Shown here: positions 1 through 11,689 of the stretch, piece by piece
How the letters are laid out: every line of letters starts with the position of its first letter
Numbering within the stretch: the stretch's first letter is position 1
Source of the DNA: Malacoraja senta
Lineage: Eukaryota
DNA: 42,223 nucleotides
Direction of reading: 5' to 3'
Assembly (NCBI GenBank): GCA_038087875.1
Contig: JAXLNO010000244.1
Span: 1 to 42,223 of the forward strand
Position numbers and translations under genes: made by a program
The notes under the pieces: model-generated
Databases searched by the model: none
What the model was told of the DNA's origin: nothing
Seen by the model: the letters and a program-made list of their open reading frames with translations, nothing else

Positions 1-510
1 GTTGCCTATTTCATTCGCTCCATAGATGCTGCTGCACACGCTGTTTCTCCAGCTTTTTTTTGTGTACCAGTGTCTCTGTCTCTCCACTCTCTGCCCTTCT
101 CTCTTCACAGCCCGCGGCTCAACTCATGCACGCCCGCTCCAACCCACCCTTCACCTTTCTCCCTCATCCTCTCTACACCCTCCTCTCTCCCCCTCCTCTC
201 TCCCCACCTTTCTCTCCCCCCCTCCACATTTTTTTTTATCTAACATTAAATTTTGTCTCTCTGCCCCCCCCCCCTCTAGACGCACCTGAGAGGTGAGGTC
301 TATTCATCAGTGGATAGGGTGGAGATGGGATAAAAGAAGCAAATTAAAAAATTAATATAATATCAAGGGGTGTGATGAGTGTGTGTGTTTGTGGGTGCAG
401 GATTCCGTGATTTGGAGGAAAGGAGGTGGTTAGTGTGACGCCACAGCCCCTCCCCCCCCCCGCAAACGCACGTTCGGTGTCCAGACCCAACGGATCTGCA
501 CTTGGTCTAG
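1..510 (+). mobile_element. Non-autonomous Helitron, partial array unit (3' part; runs off window start)
   Basis: Matches the 3' part of the following units; ends in hairpin cagacccaacggatctg, then cacttggt, then CTAG (507-510); more diverged than the next two units. Confidence 0.75.
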
Positions 511-2245
511 TATTATATTAAAACTCTGTGGCTGCCTGACTTGTGTCTGTCATCCGCCTGACTTGTGTCACAAAATCCTCTTTGATACCGCCCTAGGCCC
601 ACACAGCACGCGGAAACGCCGATATTTTTACCATTTCTAAAGAGAATACATTTATCTTTACGAATAGACACTCCTGATTAAATTTAGACGTGTTTGTGTA
701 CACTTTTTAAAATAAAATACTTCTCCCCCCCCACCCCACCCCAACATTTCAAAATGTTAAACAAACAGCTCTAGAATGTTAGTGAAGTTTCAATTCAGTG
801 ATGTCACAATGCCCTATCCTCACACATGTCCAATCGGAATGGATCCATTTACATATGCCTTTGCAGCAGCCACATCCCCAGCCCCTCCCCCCCACCCCCG
901 CAGCCTGTGTCGAAGGGCGTCGTCACGTGTGTGGGAATAGAGAGAGGATTGGGAGTGACAGGGAATGGGGAACAGATGGACTGTCCCTACCCCTCCTACT
1001 TCAACTCTCCCTCCCCACTCTTCCCCCTCTCTCCTCTCCCCCCTCCCTCCCCTCCCACCCCTCTTCACCCCCATCTCCCCCCCACCCCCTTCCCCTCTCT
1101 TGCACCACTCTCTGCTACCCCTCTGCCCCTCACTCCCCACTCTTCCCCTCTCCCTCCCCCACCTCTCTCCCTCTCTTCCCCCTACTCCTCTCCCCTTCCC
1201 CTCATCCCCTCTCTCCACCTCTAGCATCCACTCCCCCCCTCTCCCCCCTTCCTGCCCTCCCCGCTCTCCTCCCACTCCTCTGCTCCCCCTCCCTCTCGCC
1301 CACCCCGCTCTCTTCTCCCTCACCAATCTCTCCCCTTACCTCCTCCCCCTCTCCCCTCCCTCCCCCTCTCCTCTTCTCTCCCCACCCCGTCTCCCTCTCC
1401 CCTCTTCTCTCCCCACCCCGTCTTCCTCTCCCCCCCCCCCCGAGTGTGTTTGGGGGGTGGTTAGTGTGTGTGATGCCGCAGACCACCCCCCTCCCGCAAA
1501 CGCGCGTTGGGAAAACAGCCCGTCAACAGTCTCTCTGTCTTTAAGAAGGAACTGCAGATGCTGGAAAATCGAAGGTACACAAAACAAAAATGTATAACCT
1601 CAGCGGGTGCAGCAGCATCTATGGATCAAAGGAAATAGGCAACATTTCAGAAAAAAAACCCGTCTGAAGATGGGCTTCGGCCCAAAGCATTGCCTATTTC
1701 CTTCGCTCCATAGATGCTGCTGCACCCGCTGTGTTTTTCCAGCTTTTTTTTGTATACAAGTCTCTCTGTCTCCCCTCTCTCTCTCTCTCTGCCCTTCTCT
1801 CTTCACAGCCCGCGGATCGACTCATGCACGCCCGCTCCAACACCCCCCTTCACCTCTCTCCCCCCATCCTCTCCCTCTCTCCACCCCTCTCCTCTCTCCC
1901 CCTCTTCTCTCACCACCTTCCTCTCCCCCCTTCCTCTTCACCCTCCTCCTCCTCGCCCTCTTCAAATTTTTTTTTCTAACATTAAATTTTCACTCAATGC
2001 CCCCCCTCTAGACGCACATGAGAGGTGAGGGCTATTAGTCAGTAGATAGGGTGGAGATGGGATAAAAGAAGCAAATTTAAAAATTAAAATAATATCAAGG
2101 GGTGTGATGAGTGTGTGTGTTTGTGGGTGCCGGATTCCGTGCTTTGGAGGAAAGGGGGTGGTTAGTGTGACGCCACAGCCCCTCCCCCCCCCCCCCGCAA
2201 ACGCACGTTCGGTGTCCAGACCCAACGGGTCTGCACTTGGTCTAG
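511..2245 (+). mobile_element. Non-autonomous Helitron, array unit (1735 bp)
   Basis: Head tattatattaaaactctg resembles solo Helitron heads; 3' hairpin cagaccc-aac-gggtctg (2217-2233) lies 8 nt before CTAG (2242-2245); near-identical to 2246-3968. Confidence 0.8.
1541..1758. mobile_element. Inverted (palindromic) Penelope 3'-end fragment with degenerate hammerhead motif, 13-bp target duplication
   Basis: Arms 1601-1642 and 1690-1731 are reverse complements with 2 mismatches; agtctctctgtct at 1528-1540 and 1759-1771; sequence matches the Penelope 3' ends at 37050-37143 and 40444-40540. Confidence 0.75.
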
Positions 2246-3968
2246 TATTATATTAAAACTCTGTGGCTGCCTGACTTGTGTCTGTCATCCGCCTGACTTG
2301 TGTCACAAATCCTCTTTGATACCGCCCTAGGCCCACACAGCACGCGGAAACGCCGATATTTTTTACCATTTCTAAAGAGATTACATTTATCTTTACGAAT
2401 AGACACTCCTGATTAAATTTAGACGTGTTTGTGTACACTTTTTAAAATAAAATACTTCTCTCCCCCCACCCCACCCCAACATTTCAAAATGTTAAACAAA
2501 CAGCTCTAGAATGTTAGTGAAGTTTCAATTCAGTGATGTCACAATGCCCTATCCTCACACATGTCCAATCGGAATGGATCCATTTACATATGCCTTTGCA
2601 GCAGCCACATCCCCAGCCCCTCCCCCCCACCCCCGCAGCCTGTGTCGAAGGGCGTCGTCACGTGTGTGGGAATAGAGAGAGGATTGGGAGTGATAGGGAA
2701 TGGGGAACAGATGGACTGTCCCTACCCCTCCTACTTCAACTCTCCCTCCCCACTCTTCCCCCTCTCTCCTCTCCCCCTCCCTCCCCTCCCACCCCTCTTC
2801 ACCCCCATCTCCCCCCCACCCCTTCCCCTCTCTTGCACCACTCTCTGCTACCCCTCTGCCCCTCACTCTTCCCCTCTCCCTCCCCCACCTCTCTCCCTCA
2901 CTTCCCCCTACTCCTCTCCCCTTCCCCTCATCCCCTCTCTCCACCTCTAGCATCCACTCCCCCTCTCCCCCCTTCCTGCCCTCCCCGCTCTCCTCCCACT
3001 CCTCTGCTCCCCCTCCCCTCTCGCCCACCCTGCTCTCTTCTCCCTCACCAATCTCTCCCCTTACCTCCTCCCCCTCTCCCCTCCCTCCCTCCCCCTCTCC
3101 TCTTCTCTCCCCACCCCGTCTCCCTCTCCCCTCTTCTCTCCCCACCCCGTCTTCCTCTCCCCCCCAAGTGTGTTTGGGGGGTGGTTAGTGTGTGTGATGC
3201 CGCAGACCACCCCCCTCCCGCAAACGCGCGTTGGGAAAACAGCCCGTCAACAGTCTCTCTGTCTTTAAGAAGGAACTGCAGATGCTGGAAAATCGAAGGT
3301 ACACAAAACAAAAATGTATAACCTCAGCGGGTGCAGCAGCATCTATGGATCGAAGGAAATAGGCAACATTTCAGAAAAAAACCCGTCTGAAGATGGGCTT
3401 CGGCCCAAAGCATTGCCTATTTCCTTCGCTCCATAGATGCTGCTGCACCCCGCTGTGTTTTTCCAGCTTTTTTTTGTATACAAGTCTCTCTGTCTCCCCT
3501 CTCTCTCTCTCTCTGCCCTTCTCTCTTCACAGCCCGCGGATCGACTCATGCACGCCCGCTCCAACACCCCCCTTCACCTCTCTCCCCCCATCCTCTCCCT
3601 CTCTCCACCCCTCTCCTCTCTCCCCCTCTTCTCTCACCACCTTCCTCTCCCCCCTTCCTCTTCACCCTCCTCCTCGCCCTCTTCAAATTTTTTTTTCTAA
3701 CATTAAATTTTCACTCAATGCCCCCCCCTCTAGACGCACATGAGAGGTGAGGGCTATTCGTCAGTAGATAGGGTGGAGATGGGATAAAAGAAGCAAATTT
3801 AAAAATTAAAATAATATCAAGGGGTGTGATGAGTGTGTGTGTTTGTGGGTGCCGGATTCCGTGCTTTGGAGGAAAGGGGGTGGTTAGTGTGACGCCACAG
3901 CACCACCCCCCCCCCCCCCGCAAACGCACGTTCGGTGCCCAGACCCAACGGGTCTGCACTTGGTCTAG
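2246..3968 (+). mobile_element. Non-autonomous Helitron, array unit (1723 bp)
   Basis: Tandem copy of 511-2245; ends hairpin plus CTAG (3965-3968); carries the same Penelope hairpin at 3265-3482. Confidence 0.8.
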
Positions 3969-5052
3969 TTATAATATAAAACTCTGATGTTGGATGTTTA
4001 CTTGTGGGTTTGTTTGCTTGCTTGAACTTTTTCTTTGATTCACACCTCCTCGAAAACCCGACGCGGCAACAGTGAAATTTTTACATATTACGGAAGAGAT
4101 TTACCTCATGATTGCAAAAATCCCCATCATCTGTAAATTTGATTCATTATTTCCCGAGTTTTTTTACAAAAATTATTCACCAATCTGAGATCTTTTTTGA
4201 AGATAACGAGCTGAAGCGAGCTGGATGACGTCAAAATGCCTCTGTTCCTCGTGGCAAGCTGCGCGGAATTTTCAACGCGAAGTCACGAGCTGCGCGTTAC
4301 GTCACAGCCGCCCTCCCAGGGCTCTGGATTAAAGCCGTTGAACACGTGCTCAAGTCGTGCGGCGCGCTCCAAGTTCTACAACATGGCGGTGGCGGTCATT
4401 ATCGCAGCGTGGGGTGGCGCAGTGGAAAAGTGGCCGTGGTGGCCGTCACAGGGGACGACCTCCTCTGTCTCCCCCACCTGATCGTCTGTCACGCTGGTGG
4501 GTGTGCTTCCCCTCGTGGAAGTCACGATCGGCCGGCCCTCCGCTGCTTTTGACCGTCCTCAGATTGCTCCGGGGCCTCGCTCTGGCCCATGCCGGCCGCA
4601 GCCTAGCTTGGGCCCGGTGCCTGGTGGGGAGGCTTCTGCACTACGACCTGGGTAGGTGCTGCCTCTACCCCCTCCCCGGGGCAGAGAAAGAGAGAGAGGG
4701 GGGGGAGAGAGGGGGTGGTGGAGAGGGGGGGTGGAGAGGAGATGGGGAGGGGGGAGAGGAGAGGGGAGAGGAGGGGGAGAGGAGAGGGGGAGAGGAGAGG
4801 GGGAGAGGAGAGGGGGAGAGGAGAGGGGGAGAGGAGAGGGGGAGAGGGCGGAGGAGAGGGGGCCCTCCCTCCCTCTCTGCTACCCCCTACCTCTCTACTC
4901 CCCCTTTCCTCTCTGCCCCCCCCTCTCTATGAAGCCGTCAAATGTGCACAAATGTACAACAGCAACAAACCCTGGGACGCCGCCCCCCACCCCTCAATCT
5001 CTACCCCGTCCCTCTAGCCGAGTGTGTGTGTGTGTGTGTGTGCTTGATCTAG
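3969..5052 (+). mobile_element. Non-autonomous Helitron of a different subfamily, joined to the array
   Basis: Head ttataatataaaactctg followed by ctcctcgaaaacccgacgc...aaatttttacatatt, like the solo copies; ends cttgatCTAG|T at 5052; CpG-rich core and GA-rich tract. Confidence 0.6.
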
Positions 5053-6008
5053 TTATCTCTAAATGTACAAAATATAAATACAAGTACACATGCATTTAGC
5101 GTGTAAATATCAAAAATGCTATTACATATTTTACAATTATGTTTCTATTCATTTTTAATTCAGGAATCAAACAGAAGTATCTGGAAGTTTGCTAGTTTAG
5201 CTAATTTATTTGGCACACTCTCCCATGGTAATTTGAATGATCAAAATAGACCTAGTCTTTCTTAAACACCTAGTCTGAGCTATATTGTTTAATCTTTCCA
5301 CTCATTTCTTCTAATAACATCTGGTGTTCCAAAAATAGTAAAAGTAAAATGGATTGGTCAGAATGTCAAGTGAAAATTACAACAGAAGCTTAAAAAAGAC
5401 AGTGATATTTGGAGTAGTTGATAAAAAGTGGCTGAAGAGGTCAAGCTCTGAGGATAATGGTTTAAAATGTGCTATGAAGGATTAAGGCATATTTACTTTC
5501 AAGACCATAAGATATTACATTCTGCATCTTTTGGTTCTTGCTAAATATATACTAAATAACTTACAAAATGGTAGACACTATTAATCACAGTTGCATAATG
5601 GAATGCAGTACTTACAGCAGTAAAGCTTACGAACAGTCAAAATGATGGAAAGTCATTTACCAATGGTACTTATTCTTTATTCACATATACTAGTTAATTT
5701 TCTTCATCACACCTCATGGGAACATGGATGATGCACTGTTTAACAATGAAAGAATCATTACAACAAATGACACATTTGTGTTATTGTGCTCTGAGATTAT
5801 GTTTCAACCAATCTGTCCCTTTAAGACTAAACCATTTGTCCATCTTGGCCACTTAAACGCAAAAGAGATCATTGCTGGGATTTTGTAAAGTTGAAATTAC
5901 TATTATCAGTAATTAGATAGTTTCAGATCCAAATGGTTGCTATAGATAAGGTAACAATAACCATATATTTTTTTAAATCCCCCAAAATTGCAGTAGGAAA
6001 AACAGGTA

Positions 6009-6567
6009 TGGTAAACCCTCGTGTTTACGGACCTCTTTATAACGGATTTCGGTTATAGTGGACTGACCTACCGATGGCTACCCATACCGCTTACTGCGCC
6101 TATGCCACCCTTGACTCGCGCCGCCTCCCCAACCGCTTGCAGCGCTTGTTACCCCGCACCGCCTTCAGCTTGTGCCGCCTCCCGGCCTCTTGTAGTGCCG
6201 GCTGTCCCCGCACCACACCCCAGCTCACGCAGCTTCTAGGCCTGACCTTCTGCCGTGCCTGCTGCCTTCACCCACCCTTACCTGCACTCCTACCACTGGC
6301 TCCATCGGCAGGCCGGGCCCAGTTCCGGAATGATAGTCTGAAGAAGGATGTCGACCTGAAACGACACCTATCCATGTTCTCCAGAGATGTTGTCTAGCCT
6401 GCTGAGTTACTCCAGCACTGTGTCCTTTTGTGTATTAACCACCAATTGCAGTTGTTTGTTTCTGCTACTTATGCAATAATAATACCATACTCGGTTATAA
6501 TAGACAATCGGCAATAACGGACACCATTTTCCCTCCCCCCATGGTCCGTTATAACAAGGGTTTATTG
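6009..6567. mobile_element. pogo/Tigger-like MITE with nested Penelope 3' fragment (~6335-6465)
   Basis: Imperfect TIRs tggtaaaccctcgtgtttacggacc / ggtccgttataacaagggtttattg; TA on both flanks; internal repeats of the gttataac/aacgga motif. Confidence 0.65.
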
Positions 6568-7202
6568 TAATTAAGAATAAATATGCAAGTAATAGCTAGG
6601 ACATTTGGGCAACCAACTAGGGTTTAAGGGGTATAAACGGTCAAGCCTCACTGCTTTAAGTCCACATAGCTCAATTGCTTTAAGACGTAACCAAGGGCAG
6701 AATTTAATGACAGATGTGAACAGTTCCCAGATTGGAGGTTGCACATGCTCTAAAACAGAACAGAATAGCCGTTCTTCAACTAATTAAAATCCAAGGTTTT
6801 TCGGTTTATTTCAATAGATTATAGTTGCACCAAACATATAACAAATGGAAATAAAAGTTGCCAACAAATATAACAATGTGAATAACTTCCTACATGTTCA
6901 AGAAATTGAATATCAATAAAACAATGGGAAATTTTCAAAAACCTGAATTCACCATGTGATCTATTGAAGAGAAATTACAATGACCTCAGAAATTAACGTT
7001 TTTGATAATTGCACTGGAATGCAAATTAATTATTCACATTGGATGGAGCTTTGAAGTTGTTTTTACCCATCTTTCATGTTTATCACTTTTGCTGCAAATA
7101 AAATCTTTGGCTAATACACCGTTATAAGATAACAGTATCTTTCTGCATATTCTTTAAATATTCTGGAGGTACTGCCATTTCAAATGACAATTAATTCCCG
7201 TT

Positions 7203-7208
7203 TTTATT
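7203..7208 (-). promoter_or_regulatory. Candidate polyadenylation signal of ZCRB1
   Basis: First AATAAA on the minus strand after the stop codon; others lie further on (e.g. 6805-6810), so usage is unknown. Confidence 0.3.
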
Positions 7209-7666
7209 CTCAAGTGGGAATAATGTTGGTCTGAAACAACTCTGTGTTATTTTATATGCAGTATTTTATAAAGTGTAGGAATAAACAAGAATTTTTGCCT
7301 TCGGCAGTAACAAAAGCTTTCATGATTATGATCTTCACAACAAAATTCAACCCATAAAAGCCGAGTCAATATTAAAATTTGGCTACGACAGGCAAAAACA
7401 TGTCCATTCATCTGTACTTGCTGTGAAGTATTCGGATGTGGAAGCGGTTGGCATGCTTCACAATAATCCTTTCACCATGACTAAATAAATCATTAACAAG
7501 ATAAAACAAATTCACATATTCCAAGTATCAAAATATTTAGTCCATATATTTGTAATGGTTTCGGGGACCCAAGAAGCCATAAATTCTAGTCTAACGAATC
7601 TGGACCATTTAAACACCATTTCTCTCTTTAAATAAATATGTAACTCTCATTGTAATGAAATACAAT

Positions 7667-7807
7667 CTAGTCACTCAGCTCCTCTTCATCACTGAAGTAT
7701 GCACTTTTCTTTATCCGTGGGCGCTTCGACAGTTCAGATGTTGAACATTCACTTGCGTCACCAGCAGTCTGTTTACGTCTAAGTTCTTCCTCCTCAATTT
7801 TTGCTTG
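7667..7807 (-). CDS. ZCRB1: ZCRB1 coding exon 7 (last)
   Basis: ttctcaacag| [46 protein letters not shown] ; matches the vertebrate ZCRB1 C-terminus. Confidence 0.96.
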   Translation of the reverse strand, partial: QAKIEEEELRRKQTAGDASECSTSELSKRPRIKKSAYFSDEEELSD

Positions 7808-8735
7808 CTGTTGAGAACAAGTATTAATATATTAATAGCTTACAGATATCCCTAATTTATTTGGTGGCACTACCTTACACAACATGGATATGTTCTAATT
7901 CAAGACGTCTGTATTGCAAGCGGGACAACAAATCTGTTATAATGCAACAAATCTGTTATCCGTCTCCAGTGAATGCACCTTAACTCACGGTGAAACAATG
8001 CGAACTGAAAATTAACCAGAATTTCCACCTGAGCATGCCTTGAGGAACTAACATTGTGCACAGAATTCACAAGCCTTGGTCCCTGCCTGACGCAATTTTT
8101 CAAAACACAGGCAGCAGATCCTAAGAATATCTCAGAATATCGCGACAATCTTTATAAACTCTGTCAAAACTACACCAACAAAAATCTATTAAAAGGGATT
8201 TAAATTTAAAAAGTACAATTTATTTAAATCTTTAACCAAACAACTAAAAATAATCAAAGAAAATAATTCAAGAACTTAATATTTTCCCTACTGGCAGTTC
8301 CCCTTTAAATGGATCGGATTATAATTCCTTCACTTGTTCTCACTAGTATCAAGTTCGGGGCCCAAACACTCTCTTCAGAGAGTTATTTCTCCATGACTGG
8401 TTTCAATATAAGGTCCAGCAATTGAGTATGCAGTCAGGTGCAATAGGTGATATCAGCCAGCACAATGACCACTTGTAATCATTATATATGTATGGCTAAA
8501 TGGAATAAAAAACATGCCAATATCTCAGTCCTAATGCAGTGTCTCAAGCTGAAATGTCAACTATCGTCTCTGCCTTCAAAAATACTGCGTGACCTGCTGA
8601 GTTGTTTCAGCAGTTTGATTTGTTGGACATTCCAGAATCTGCAGTTTCTTGCTTCTGTTTCGTTGTCATGCATGAGCAGTATATTACTGTCATATGTCCC
8701 AAAGAAGGGAGGGGGTGGGGGGGGAGGGGGGGGTG

Positions 8736-8739
<4 letters not shown>

Positions 8740-8776
<37 letters not shown>
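8740..8776. repeat. (TG)n microsatellite
   Basis: Direct read. Confidence 0.95.
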
Positions 8777-8780
<4 letters not shown>

Positions 8781-8789
8781 TTTATGATA

Positions 8790-9695
8790 GCATCACAATT
8801 GGTGGCTTCAGAAAAGATCTTCAGAGACATGCACACCCAGGAATTAGAAGTTTCTGAATCTCTCCACAATTGTGGATCGTCGCCCATCCTCTTCCAAAGT
8901 CAACAATCAGTTCCTTGGTTTTGCTCATGTTGAGAGTAAGGTTGTTGTTCAGGCCAGTCGACCGATCTTCCTCTTATATGCTGACTTCTCATCACCTGTA
9001 ATTCGTCCAACAGCAGTGGCGTCGTCGGCGATTTTGAAGATGGAGATGGAAATGTTTCCGGCTACACAGTTATGAGTATCGAGCGAGTAGAGCATGCAGC
9101 TTTGAGGTGCTCCTGAGCTGATGATTATCGAGGAGGAAGTATCGCTGCCAATTCGTAGAGATTGTGGTCTGTTGAAGAAGTCTAGGATCTAGTTGCATAG
9201 GGATGTGCAGAGACCAAATTCCGTGAGCTTGGTAACCAGTTTGGAGGGGATGATGGTGTTGAATGCTGAGCTGTAGTCTATGAACAACAACCTAACGTAT
9301 ATGTTTTTATTGTCCAAGTGATTCAGTGCAGAGTGGAGAGACAATGAGGTTGCATCCTCCGCTGACCTGTTGTGGCGATTGGCAAATTGTAATGGGCCCT
9401 GTTTCTTGTTGAGGTAGGAGTTAATATGAACCATAACTAACCTCTCAAAGCACTTCATCACCACGGACGTTAGTGTTGGTAGTCACTGAGGCACGTCACC
9501 GAACTCTTCCAGGGCACTGGTATTATTGATGCCCTTTCAAAGCAGGTGGGAACCTCAGACCTCAGTAATGAGTGGTTGAAGATGTGTGCAAAAACACCAG
9601 CCAGTTGAATTGCACAGGTTTTAAGAACACAACCAGGTATACCCATCAGGTCCAGATGCTTTCCTAGGGTACACCCTCCTGAAGGATCTTCTGAT
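8790..9695 (-). mobile_element. Rex1/Babar LINE reverse-transcriptase fragment
   Basis: MKCFERLV...PLQFA...RSAEDA...[21 protein letters not shown]; frameshifted. Confidence 0.85.
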
Positions 9696-9809
9696 GTCTT
9701 TTTCCCATGGTAGAAGTATAAAAAAATAGGGCATTAGGTTAAGGTGAGAGGAAGGAATTTTAAAGGGAATACGTTTTTTTTTACATGGAGAATGATCAAT
9801 ATCTGGAAT

Positions 9810-11145
9810 CTTCTTCAGACTGATTGCAGGGAGGAGCGGGAAAGAAAACTGAAAGTGAAAAGGGGCCAGACAAATCACGGTGGCTACAGATGACCTCAGG
9901 CAAGGGGGTTCCTTGATAGGCAGATTGGTGGAGGCTAGAGATAGAAACAGGTGTGAGCCCAAGAGGCATGCAATATTGTTAATTGTGAAGCAAGTTGAGG
10001 ACTTATAGTGGCTTTTTAGGGCAAAGAAACTGTCCCACTTTGGCGATTTTTTTAGGCAACTGCCGGCGACTGTCACAGTCGTAGCAGGTCGCCGAAAAAA
10101 AGGCAACTGGACCCCCCACTACGACAATGTCTACGACAACCTACCTCCTAGTCGACGTCAAGCTACCGACAACCGGCGATCCATTAGGACGTCCACCTAC
10201 AACCACACCTACAACCACACAGGCGACAACCTAAGTCAATCTATGTCCACCCGCGACAAGCTACGACAAGCAACGACCCTGTCGGCAACAACTGAAGACA
10301 ATTCAGTCGCGGTACCTGTCGCCGGTTGACATAGGTAGTCGCCAATGGAATTCACCGAAGTCAGCACCCGGCGGCAACCAAGGTCACCTGGCGACAACCT
10401 GTGTCATCCTTGCGACAACCTACGACAGCACCTACGACAGGATAAGACAAACTACGTCAAGCCCACAGTTGCCGAAAAGTTTTGAACATTTCAAAATCCA
10501 GTGGCGACCAGAAAAACGTTATGACTCTTTAGGCGACTTGAGGAGACTACTCACGACCATACAAGCGTCACCCCACGACCATGTGGTGACAGCCTAGTTG
10601 CCTGTAGTCACTGAAAAAAATCGCCTATGTGGGACAGGGGCTTAAAGGGGAATGGTGCGTTGGAGGTGAGAAAGGGGAGGCGAAGGGAGGTGTTTGTAGA
10701 TGTAACTTACAATTGCAGAATTTAATGTTCATACCGTCGGGCTATAAGCAACCCCTGCAGAAAATGAGGTGCTGTTCCTCCAGTTTGCGTGAAGCTTACT
10801 CCGGCAATGGAGGAGGGCCAGGAAAGAAAGGTCAGTATGGGAATGGGAAGGGAGGTGAAAGTGGTTAGCAACTGGAAGTTTGGCCTTGGCGGACCAGGCA
10901 CGAGTGTTCGGCAAAGCGTTCGCCGAGTCCACGCTTAGTCTCGCCGATGTACAAGAGTTCACATCGGGAACATCGGATGCAGTAGATAAAAGTTAGAGGT
11001 GCATATAAATCTCAGTTTCACCTGGAAGGACTGCTGGGGTTCCTGGAAAGAGTCAAGGGAGGAGGTATAAGGATAGGTGTTACATCTCCTGCGGTTGTAA
11101 GGGGAAGTACCCAGTTTGGGTGAGAAAGGATGAGTGAACCAAGAA
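9810..11145 (-). mobile_element. Penelope-like element 3' part (GIY-YIG endonuclease remnant), interrupted by a MITE
   Basis: Minus strand reads LYIGETKRGLGERFAEH near 10900-10960; homologous to 36697-37143; 3' end cagtctgaagaa near 9810-9822. Confidence 0.8.
10019..10642. mobile_element. PIF/Harbinger-like MITE
   Basis: TIR cores ctgtcccactttggcgatttttt (10030-10052) and aaaaaaatcgcctatgtgggacag (10614-10637); TTA/TAA flanks; interior built from cgacaac/ggcgac motifs. Superfamily is inferred. Confidence 0.65.
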
Positions 11146-11689
11146 GCTTTAGTGATTAGGTCCCTTTGAACAACATTATCCAATTTTGCACAATTTAAAC
11201 AAGTCACCAATATTATATTTTGTGGAACAAAGTAGATAACTTTAGATATTTTTCCATATAATATTGGAAATGCCATATTCTTGTCCACTCACTCAACTTG
11301 CAAGTATTAATCAATCAATCAATCATTCAATCAAAGACTTTATTGTCATTCAAAAATACACCAACAAATGCAAATCTGAACGAAATTTCATTGCATCTGG
11401 CTCACCAATGAGGCTTAAAGTATCCCCATTAAGCCTCATTACATCTTTCTGCCTTTTCAAAATGTTATCTAATAATGGATCATCAACAGACATAAATATA
11501 ACATGTGGATCCCTCAGCAAAATGGTCTATCCTGTGAATAGTTGCAATCCAAGCATTGATTTTCTGCCCTCCATTCATCACACCCTGTCAACCAGGACCC
11601 TATTAACCAGAAAAAGATCCACTTATTCTCAACCTATATCTGTAGTTCTAATTATTCCCAATTTTTGCTTTCTGTCAGATAACTAGTTC

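Noticed and set aside
798..3321. Long Pro/Leu/Ser-rich and Gly/Glu/Arg-rich ORFs (also at 4357-5099, 20840-21676 and 38996-39472)
   Set aside because: Stop-poor CT/GA tracts inside Helitrons; open in several frames with no recognisable domain
511..3968. Tandem array as an active retrozyme
   Set aside because: Units have Helitron termini, are about 1.7 kb, and the hammerhead GAAA is mutated in both full units
10060..10600. CRISPR-like or minisatellite array of cgacaac motifs
   Set aside because: Irregular short motifs inside a TIR-bounded MITE; no constant repeat-spacer period
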